DNA from: Tannockella kyphosi
Lineage (GTDB): Bacteria > Bacillota_I > Bacilli_A > Erysipelotrichales > Coprobacillaceae
NCBI RefSeq assembly: GCF_021054785.1
Contig: NZ_CP088239.1
Location: 2,190,001 to 2,222,000, forward strand
Reading direction: 5' to 3'
DNA: 32,000 bases
Below the pieces are notes generated by a model, which was given only the letters and a program-made list of their open reading frames with translations, did not search any database and had not been told where the DNA came from. The position numbers and the translations under genes are program-made. The first letter of the stretch is position 1, and each line of letters starts with the position of its first letter. Below are positions 15,911-22,592 of this stretch, piece by piece.

Positions 15911-16861
15911 ATGAAAGTATCCTTTTCAAGAACAGTAAAAGAAGAAGTCGTTTTCAACGACTTCAATGAATGTTGTTCCAAAGCAATGCTATGTGCCATT
16001 ATTAAAATAAACGGTACACTAGCCTTAAGCAACCAAGGCTTAGCACTAACCATTCGTACAGAAAATGCTAAAATAGCTTCTAAAATACATAAAATGTTAA
16101 AAGAAACCTATGCTCCAACCATAGAATTCTTAGTATCACGTAAAATGAAACTAAAAAAGAACAACGTCTATGTTGTAAAAGTATCAAAAGCAAGAGAAAT
16201 ACTAGATGACCTATCACTAATGTCTGGTTTTGGTTTTCAAGATGTACCAGACAAAAAGATGATTCGAAAAGAATGCTGTAAAAGAGCTTATCTAGCAGGA
16301 GCCTTCTTATCTAGTGGAAGTGTAAATCCACCAGACACATCTAACTATCACCTAGAAATATCACTAAGCCAACAAGAACATGCAACCTTCATACAAGACC
16401 TCATGAATCGTTTCGACTTGAATGCAAAATGCATTCAAAGAAGAAACAAATACATAGTCTACCTAAAATCATCAGAAAAAATAGGTGACTTTATGAGAGC
16501 CATAGGTGCTAGCCAATCCGTTATGCACTTTGAAACAACAAGAATAGATCGTAACATGTCTAACACAGTAAACCGTTGGAATAACTGTGATATCGCAAAC
16601 GAAATGAAATCTATCACTACTGCTAACAAACACATAGAAGACATTCATGTAATAGAAATGTTTCTAGGAATTGATATGTTAGATGATAAAACAAAAAAAG
16701 TAGCGAAAGTTCGTTTAAAATATCCCGAAGTAAGTTTAAAAGAACTTGCTAATTATTATTTAGAAGAAACAGGAGAAACCATTAGTAAATCAGGATTGCA
16801 TCATCGACTAAAGAAAATACATGATGAAGCAGAAAGATTACGTGTAATGGAGACAAACTAA
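15911..16861 (+). CDS. whiA: WhiA/YvcL DNA-binding cell-division/sporulation regulator
   Basis: The N-terminus SFSRTVKEE resembles the conserved WhiA start (SF..VK.E). The degenerate LAGLIDADG-like core YLAGAFLSSGSV is present. The C-terminal HTH region is SLKELANYY..ISKSGLHHRLKKI. The gene immediately follows rapZ. Confidence 0.9.
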   Translation: MKVSFSRTVKEEVVFNDFNECCSKAMLCAIIKINGTLALSNQGLALTIRTENAKIASKIHKMLKETYAPTIEFLVSRKMKLKKNNVYVVKVSKAREILDDLSLMSGFGFQDVPDKKMIRKECCKRAYLAGAFLSSGSVNPPDTSNYHLEISLSQQEHATFIQDLMNRFDLNAKCIQRRNKYIVYLKSSEKIGDFMRAIGASQSVMHFETTRIDRNMSNTVNRWNNCDIANEMKSITTANKHIEDIHVIEMFLGIDMLDDKTKKVAKVRLKYPEVSLKELANYYLEETGETISKSGLHHRLKKIHDEAERLRVMETN

Positions 16862-16862
16862 T

Positions 16863-17078
16863 ATGGAAACAATTGAACGTAGATTTGGTCACAAAGTAAA
16901 ACAACTAAGACTATCACAAAAAATATCTCAAGAAGAACTAGCGTTTCGTTCAGGACTATCTAAAAACTACATCTCTGATGTAGAAAGAGGAACTAGAAAT
17001 GTATCGCTAAGAGCGATACATAAACTAGCTTATGGTCTGCAAGTAACAGAAAATGATTTGTTCATGTTTAATTCATAA
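16863..17078 (+). CDS. Small XRE-family helix-turn-helix transcriptional regulator (71 aa)
   Basis: KQLRLSQKISQEELAFRSGLSKNYISDVERGTRNVSLRAIHKLAYGL is a canonical HTH_3/Cro-C1 fold sequence. The ATG lies 1 nt after the whiA stop. Confidence 0.85.
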   Translation: METIERRFGHKVKQLRLSQKISQEELAFRSGLSKNYISDVERGTRNVSLRAIHKLAYGLQVTENDLFMFNS

Positions 17079-17116
17079 TTACATCATATAGTAATAAAAG
17101 ACGAGGAGTGGGTAAA

Positions 17117-17392
17117 ATGGCATTTTTATATTATATATTATTCTTTATGTTCATATACATAATCTTTACTTTCTTTTTCCATCTTCTTTTAAATCCATAC
17201 TTTTGGATTATTATAGGAGTATTCGTAATATACTCTGGTTTTAAAAGAAAATCAATGGAAAAACAAACACAAGAATATTATCAAAACTTTGAAAAAGAAA
17301 CACAACAAAAGAAACAATCTTATCAATCATCAAACACTCATGGAGATGTAATCGATGTAGATTATACGATTGTAGAAGAAACGGAAGACTAG
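17117..17392 (+). CDS. Small membrane protein (two predicted TM helices plus a Gln/Glu-rich tail), unknown function
   Basis: I prefer the ATG at 17117, which has AGGAG about 9 nt upstream. The hydrophobic N-terminal half is FLYYILFFMFIYIIFTFFFHLL..FWIIIGVFVIYSGF, and the C-terminal half is polar. A terminator overlaps the stop. Confidence 0.55.
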   Translation: MAFLYYILFFMFIYIIFTFFFHLLLNPYFWIIIGVFVIYSGFKRKSMEKQTQEYYQNFEKETQQKKQSYQSSNTHGDVIDVDYTIVEETED

Positions 17393-17405
17393 TCTTTCGT
17401 TTTTT
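17382..17405 (+). terminator. Rho-independent terminator of the rapZ-whiA-xre operon
   Basis: CGGAAGAC (17382-17389) pairs with GTCTTTCG (17392-17399), with one G-U pair. TTTTTT follows (17400-17405). Confidence 0.65.
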
Positions 17406-17447
17406 GCTAAATTATAATATACTCAAAGTATAGAAAGAAGGGGTAGC

Positions 17448-18434
17448 GTGAAGATTATTGTAACAGGTGGAGCAGGATTTATAGGAAGTAACTTTGTATT
17501 ATATATGCTAGATAAATATCCAACATATCAAGTCATCGTAGTAGATTCCCTAACTTATGCAGGAAACATAAAAAACTTAGAATCAGTTAGGAATAACCCT
17601 AACTTTCATTTTATACATGCATCCATTACAAATAAACAATTAATAGATAAAGTATTTGTTGATTATAAACCAGATATCATTGTAAACTTTGCAGCAGAGT
17701 CACATGTTGATCGTTCTATCGAAGATGCAACTACTTTCTTAGAAACAAATGTAATAGGAACAAATATATTACTAGATGCATGTCTAAAATATGGTATCTC
17801 TAGATACCATCAAATATCAACAGATGAAGTATATGGTGATTTGTCATTCGATAAACCTAATATATTATTCAATGAAACAACACCATTAAACCCTAGTAGT
17901 CCTTACTCTGTATCCAAAGCATCCGCAGATATGCTTGTACAAGCATATCATCGTACACATAAACTACCAGTAACAATAAGTAGATCTTCTAATAACTATG
18001 GTCCCTATCAGTTCCCTGAAAAACTAATACCTCTAATGATAACCAATGCCTTATTAAATAAACCATTACCAATCTATGGTAATGGTGAAAATAGAAGAGA
18101 TTGGATATATGTAGTAGATCACTGTAAAGCAATAGACAAGATATTACATCAAGGAATAGTAGGACAAACCTATAACATTGGTGGAAACCAAGAGCTTACT
18201 AACAAAGATGTTGTACTAAATATATGTAATCTACTAAATAAAGAACAATCATCTATCATCTATGTAGAAGATCGTAAAGGACACGATTTACGTTATGCAA
18301 TTGATAATACAAAAATAAATCAATCACTAAATTGGTATCCAGAAACAAGTTTCAATGAAGGTTTAAAGAAAACAGTAAGTTGGTATTTAGAAAACAAAGA
18401 ATGGTGGCAAGATATTTTATCTAAAACAAAATAG
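17448..18434 (+). CDS. rmlB: dTDP-glucose 4,6-dehydratase, second (orphan) paralog
   Basis: It carries the same RmlB blocks as 6573-7604: VTGGAGFIGSNF, AAESHVDRSI, STDEVYGD, YSVSKASAD, NNYGPYQFPEKLIP. GTG start with the RBS GAAGGGG. It is monocistronic, lying between two terminators. Confidence 0.9.
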   Translation: MKIIVTGGAGFIGSNFVLYMLDKYPTYQVIVVDSLTYAGNIKNLESVRNNPNFHFIHASITNKQLIDKVFVDYKPDIIVNFAAESHVDRSIEDATTFLETNVIGTNILLDACLKYGISRYHQISTDEVYGDLSFDKPNILFNETTPLNPSSPYSVSKASADMLVQAYHRTHKLPVTISRSSNNYGPYQFPEKLIPLMITNALLNKPLPIYGNGENRRDWIYVVDHCKAIDKILHQGIVGQTYNIGGNQELTNKDVVLNICNLLNKEQSSIIYVEDRKGHDLRYAIDNTKINQSLNWYPETSFNEGLKKTVSWYLENKEWWQDILSKTK

Positions 18435-18456
18435 GCTAGATTCTAGCCTATTTTCA
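18430..18456 (+). terminator. Rho-independent terminator after the orphan rmlB
   Basis: AATAGGCTAG (18430-18439), loop ATT, CTAGCCTATT (18443-18452), then TTCATT. It overlaps the stop codon. Confidence 0.65.
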
Positions 18457-18477
18457 TTATCATTTTTATTATATTTA

Positions 18478-18486
18478 TGATAAAAT
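18478..18486 (+). promoter_or_regulatory. Candidate extended -10 promoter element for the zinc-ribbon protein/murF/ddl unit
   Basis: TG-a-TAAAAT at 18478-18486. The -35 region is poor (TATCAT). The RBS AAAGGGGTGG follows before the ATG at 18509. Confidence 0.3.
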
Positions 18487-18508
18487 GTAGACTTAAAGGG
18501 GTGGTATA

Positions 18509-19648
18509 ATGATTTGTACATATTGTGGATATGATAATAATGATACACATAAATATTGTAGTATGTGTGGTGCAAAACTAGAAACAGTAGAAAAACCAGT
18601 AAGTGGTTATATACCTATAGAAAGAAACTATGAAACAATCATAGAAGAACCTATCTATGAAGAAACTAAAAAAGGTAGAAACTACTTTTTTAGTCCTATT
18701 ATATGGATAGTATCCATTCTATTTCTAGTAATATGTGTTGGATTAGAACTAACCATTAGCTCTTATACCATAACGCCTACTATCACCTATGATAGTAGTT
18801 ACTATGATATCCAAGCATCTTTGCAAGGAGATGGTATGATATGTCAAGGAGAGAATAGTTTATATTTAGCGATGGAAGGATATATCTATGAATATAGTTA
18901 TGCTATGGAAGAAGTACAAGTAATAGCTTATGAATATGGAGAAAACTTACATGTAGTAGATAACTATTTATATTTTGTAGATTCTAATAATGATTGTCAA
19001 AAGATAAACCTAGATACATTAGAAAAAGAACTAGTCTTAGAAAATGTTTACTATGTATCGATTCAAGATAATATTATTACTTATCAACATGATAGTGATA
19101 ATGAATCGATACATCAATATAATATCGATACACAAGAAGATAGTAAACTAAATGATGAAGTATCCTATATGTTAACAGTAGTAGATAATGATATCTATTA
19201 TGTAGATACTAGTAATAACTTATGGTTATTAAATGATACAAAAAAATTAATTACAACAGAAGTAACTGATTTTGTAGTATATGAAGATGAACTATATATC
19301 ATGATACCTACTGGTATCATGATATATACGGTAGATAAAGAATTAGAAAGTGAAGTAGTAACTACTTATCCATTAGATATTACTTTTATTGATGGAAGAT
19401 TATATTTTAGTGATATTTATGGGATGTTATATGGACAATTAGATGATGATACTTATGAAGTAATAGAACAATCTGGTGTTACAGATTTAGAAGGTATAGG
19501 AAACATATTGTTCTATTATAATATGAGTGAAGGTAGTTATTATGTATATGACATTAATGGAACAAAACAAGTTATGTATGATGGAATGTTACATAGTGAT
19601 TATAAAGAAGATGAAGAAATAGAATGGGAAGGCGTGGAAGAATTCTAA
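18509..19648 (+). CDS. Zinc-ribbon / single-TM / extracellular beta-propeller-like repeat protein (DUF5050-like)
   Basis: The N-terminus is CTYCGYDNNDTHKYCSMCG (CxxC-x11-CxxC). The TM segment is FFSPIIWIVSILFLVICVGLEL. At least six spaced repeats of the x-[LI]-Y-[FY]-x-D type follow (NYLYFVD, NDIYYVD, DELYIMI, GRLYFSD, NILFYYN and others). The stop overlaps the murF ATG (TAATG). Confidence 0.7.
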   Translation: MICTYCGYDNNDTHKYCSMCGAKLETVEKPVSGYIPIERNYETIIEEPIYEETKKGRNYFFSPIIWIVSILFLVICVGLELTISSYTITPTITYDSSYYDIQASLQGDGMICQGENSLYLAMEGYIYEYSYAMEEVQVIAYEYGENLHVVDNYLYFVDSNNDCQKINLDTLEKELVLENVYYVSIQDNIITYQHDSDNESIHQYNIDTQEDSKLNDEVSYMLTVVDNDIYYVDTSNNLWLLNDTKKLITTEVTDFVVYEDELYIMIPTGIMIYTVDKELESEVVTTYPLDITFIDGRLYFSDIYGMLYGQLDDDTYEVIEQSGVTDLEGIGNILFYYNMSEGSYYVYDINGTKQVMYDGMLHSDYKEDEEIEWEGVEEF

Positions 19649-20967
19649 TGAAAGTATATGAAATAATAGAAGCTACTAATGGAGTATTACTATCAGGTGA
19701 TAGTAATACACCTATTTATGGTTTTTGCCAAGATACAAGGAAACTACAGCCTGGAGATATGTATATAGCATTAATAGGTGAAAATAGTGATGGACATGAT
19801 TATATCCAACAAGCGATGGATGCTGGTGCTATTGCAGTACTAACAAGTAAGAAAGTAGACTATCCTAATAGTATCGTCATACAAGTAGAAGATACTCTTC
19901 TAGGATTACAAGATATGGCACGATATGTTCGCACACATCGTGAAATGAAAGTTATCGGTATTACAGGTAGTGTAGGTAAAACTAGTACCAAAGATATGGT
20001 ATATAGTGTTATGAAACAAAAGTATAAAACATTAAAAACACTAGGGAATTATAATAATGAAATAGGGTTACCTTTGACTATATTACGTCATTCTAATGAA
20101 GAAGTAGTGATTCTAGAAATGGGAATGAATCATTTAAGAGAAATGGCACATCTATCTTCTATAGCTACTCCTGATATTGCAATCATTACCAATGTAGGCA
20201 CTGCCCACATTGGTGAAGTAGGAAGTAGAGAAAATATTCTAAAAGCGAAACTAGAAATACTAGAATATATGGAAGATAACACAAATGTTATCTTAAATGT
20301 AGATAACGATATGTTATCTACAGTACAATTAGATAATCATCCGATTATTTCAGTATCATTAGAAAAAGAAGGATTAGATCCTATCTATTATGAAACAAGT
20401 AGTGACTTTCAATATCATAACCAAACAATACATGTACCAGTAGCAGGAAAACATTTTATTACGAATGCCTTGTTAGCACTAGCTTTAGGAGAATTATTAG
20501 ATATTCCTTTTGATCTATGTAAAAAAGGTATTGAAGAATTTAAACTAACTAAAAATAGAATGGATATACATCCATTAGATAATGATATTCAACTAATAGA
20601 TGGTACTTATAACGCTAGTGAAGAATCAATGAAATCATCATTAGACGTACTAAAAAACTATCAAACAAGAAGAATAGCAGTACTAGGAGATATGTTAGAA
20701 CTAGGAGACTATTCTAAAGAATTACACTTATCGGTAGGTAAACACGCTAGTGCTTGTTGTGATGTCTTATTTTGCATAGGAACAGAAGCTACCTACATTG
20801 CACAAGGTGCAATGCAGGAGGGTATGAAGGATGTATTTTGTGTAGCTACAAATGTAGAACTCTATAACTTACTAAAAGAATACTTAGAACCAAAAGATAT
20901 TTGTTTATTAAAAGCATCAAATGGAATGAAATTAAAAGAAATAGTAATAAAATTAATGGAGGGTTAA
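19648..20967 (+). CDS. murF: UDP-N-acetylmuramoyl-tripeptide--D-alanyl-D-alanine ligase
   Basis: The Mur ligase P-loop is GITGSVGKTSTKDM, with the MurF-type blocks NYNNEIGLP, EMGMNH, DGTYNAS and VLGDMLELG. I prefer the ATG at 19648 (MKVYEII) over the track's upstream ATG at 19624, which lies inside the previous gene. Confidence 0.92.
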   Translation: MKVYEIIEATNGVLLSGDSNTPIYGFCQDTRKLQPGDMYIALIGENSDGHDYIQQAMDAGAIAVLTSKKVDYPNSIVIQVEDTLLGLQDMARYVRTHREMKVIGITGSVGKTSTKDMVYSVMKQKYKTLKTLGNYNNEIGLPLTILRHSNEEVVILEMGMNHLREMAHLSSIATPDIAIITNVGTAHIGEVGSRENILKAKLEILEYMEDNTNVILNVDNDMLSTVQLDNHPIISVSLEKEGLDPIYYETSSDFQYHNQTIHVPVAGKHFITNALLALALGELLDIPFDLCKKGIEEFKLTKNRMDIHPLDNDIQLIDGTYNASEESMKSSLDVLKNYQTRRIAVLGDMLELGDYSKELHLSVGKHASACCDVLFCIGTEATYIAQGAMQEGMKDVFCVATNVELYNLLKEYLEPKDICLLKASNGMKLKEIVIKLMEG

Positions 20968-20968
20968 T

Positions 20969-22006
20969 ATGAAAAAATTATTAATAATATGTGGAGGACA
21001 ATCAAGTGAACATATTGTTTCTAGAATGTCTACAACATCATTGCTAAGTGTCATTGATCATTCAAAATATCAAGTAACTGTAATAGGCATTACTGAAGAA
21101 GGCTCATGGTATCAATTAGATAGTAAGATACAAGATATAACAAAAGAAACATGGTTAGATAATGCTACGAAAGTAATCGATGTATTTGGTTTACTAAAAA
21201 GCCAAGAAGTAGCTTTCCCTGTATTACATGGTCTATATGGTGAAGATGGTACTATCCAAGGATTATTTGAACTAGCAGGACTTCCTTATGTAGGTTGTCG
21301 AGTATTAGCTTCTAGTGTCTCAATGGATAAAATATATACAAAGAAAATACTAGATACAGTGGGTATCCCACAAGTACCTAGTATGTATGTAAAAAGAAGA
21401 TATGATAATACGTTAGTAGTAGTATCTAACTCTTTTGAAGAATATACAGACATAGAAAACCAAATCGAAAAAGAACTAGGATTCCCTTGCTTTATTAAAG
21501 CAAGTAACTCTGGTTCTAGTGTTGGATGTTATCGTGTGAATCAAAAAGAAGAACTTCTTACTAGCTTACAAGCAGCTGCTAAATATGATCGTAAAGTAGT
21601 CGTAGAAAAATGTGTAGACTGCATTGAATTAGAAACAGCAGTATTAGGTAATGATGATCCGATTGTATCAAGAGTAGGACAAATTATGCCTCATGGAGAA
21701 TTCTATACTTTTGAATCTAAATATGAAGATAAAGAAAGTAAAACATGTATACCTGCTAATGTAGATCCATCTATTCAAGATAAAATAAGAGAGTATGCCC
21801 TAAAAGTATTTAAAGCAGTAGATGGACATGGTTTAAGTAGAGTAGACTTTTTCTTAGATAAACAAAGTGGAGAAATCTATTTAAATGAAATTAATACGTT
21901 ACCTGGATTTACAGTTATTTCTATGTATCCACAACTAATACAAGATTTAGGTATTACGTATCAAGAACTAATTGATAAGCTAATAGAATTAGCTTATCAA
22001 AGATAA
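20969..22006 (+). CDS. ddl: D-alanine--D-alanine ligase
   Basis: GGQSSEH, PVLHGLYGEDGTIQGL, the ATP-grasp KASNSGSSVG, GEFYTFESKY and LNEINTLPGFT are canonical Ddl blocks. The RBS GGAGGG lies upstream. Confidence 0.92.
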   Translation: MKKLLIICGGQSSEHIVSRMSTTSLLSVIDHSKYQVTVIGITEEGSWYQLDSKIQDITKETWLDNATKVIDVFGLLKSQEVAFPVLHGLYGEDGTIQGLFELAGLPYVGCRVLASSVSMDKIYTKKILDTVGIPQVPSMYVKRRYDNTLVVVSNSFEEYTDIENQIEKELGFPCFIKASNSGSSVGCYRVNQKEELLTSLQAAAKYDRKVVVEKCVDCIELETAVLGNDDPIVSRVGQIMPHGEFYTFESKYEDKESKTCIPANVDPSIQDKIREYALKVFKAVDGHGLSRVDFFLDKQSGEIYLNEINTLPGFTVISMYPQLIQDLGITYQELIDKLIELAYQR

Positions 22007-22079
22007 ACTAGTATGAATATTATGATGAACGAATGTCTTTAAAAATAAGAACATAGATCTAATTCCATTATAAATCCTT

Positions 22080-22113
22080 AAAGAGTTGACAATAGTCAAC
22101 TCTTTATTCTATT
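22080..22113 (+). terminator. Rho-independent terminator after ddl
   Basis: AAAGAGTTGAC (22080-22090), loop AATA, GTCAACTCTTT (22095-22105), then ATTCTATT. Confidence 0.7.
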
Positions 22114-22238
22114 GCTTTATAGGAATGCTTTTTTATATTGTTTTGTATAATCTTTAAGGTGTTAAGATTGTATTTTTATGAAAACAATAAATAGTATGTA
22201 CTATATTTTCGTTAATAAGAAAAAATAGTACAAAACAG

Positions 22239-22267
22239 TTGACATATGAGAGTATAACTTATAAAAT
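22239..22267 (+). promoter_or_regulatory. Sigma-A promoter of the leu/ilv operon
   Basis: Consensus TTGACA (22239-22244), an exact 17-nt spacer, then TAAAAT (22262-22267). It sits directly upstream of the T-box leader. Confidence 0.65.
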
Positions 22268-22274
22268 ACAAATA

Positions 22275-22568
22275 ACTATAAAAGCAAATGCAAAGATAGG
22301 AACTAGTAGATAGTATATGAATGCATAGAGAGATTCTGGTTGGTGGAAAGAATTGTTTTATGACTATTGAACTCATCCTTGAGTAGAGCACTGAAAGATA
22401 GTAAGTGGCTTCGGAAGCATCCGTTATCATGCAAGGGTATGGACTATTTGAAATAGCGTACTTGATGAGATTTATATTGTGAGGTATAAATAAATAAAGG
22501 TGGAACCACGGGATAACTATGCTCTCGTCCTTAAGATGATAAGATCATTTTGAGTGCGAGTTTTTTTT
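22275..22568 (+). promoter_or_regulatory. T-box leader RNA (tRNA-sensing riboswitch), specifier CUC = Leu
   Basis: In Stem I, AGGA...UCCU closes a specifier loop with AGUA on the 5' side and GAA-CUC-A on the 3' side (CUC at 22372-22374). An AGAGAG bulge and a GGUUGGUGGAAAG distal region are present. The T-box sequence AAAGGUGGAACCACGGG lies at 22497-22513. An antiterminator can be drawn with AAGG/CCUU and ACGGG/CUCGU helices around a 7-nt UGGAACC bulge. It competes with the terminator at 22524-22568. Confidence 0.85.
22524..22568 (+). terminator. T-box leader terminator (attenuator)
   Basis: An imperfect hairpin, CTCGTCCTTAAGATGAT / ATCATTTTGAGTGCGAG, is followed by T8 (22561-22568). Its 5' arm overlaps the 3' arm of the antiterminator. 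Confidence 0.8.
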
Positions 22569-22592
22569 ATAGATAAATTGGGAGGGAATATC

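Noticed and set aside
6573-18434. I asked whether the two rmlB copies represent a recent segmental duplication or an assembly artefact.
   Set aside because: The nucleotide sequences diverge at most third-codon positions. The flanking DNA is unrelated, the start codons differ (ATG versus GTG), and the C-termini differ in length. They are old paralogs or independently acquired genes, not a repeat.
20969-22006. I checked ddl for a D-Ala-D-Lac (intrinsic vancomycin resistance) signature.
   Set aside because: The omega-loop region reads GEFYTFESKY, with Tyr retained after the Phe. As far as I recall, this is the D-Ala-D-Ala ligase state rather than the Phe-substituted depsipeptide ligase state. 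There are no van genes nearby. The reading is from memory only and is not a finding.
22212-22430. A 72-aa minus-strand ORF in the ddl-leuA intergenic region.
   Set aside because: It overlaps the promoter and Stem I of a well-formed T-box leader on the + strand. It has no RBS, and its peptide is Cys/Ser/Ile-rich and low-complexity.
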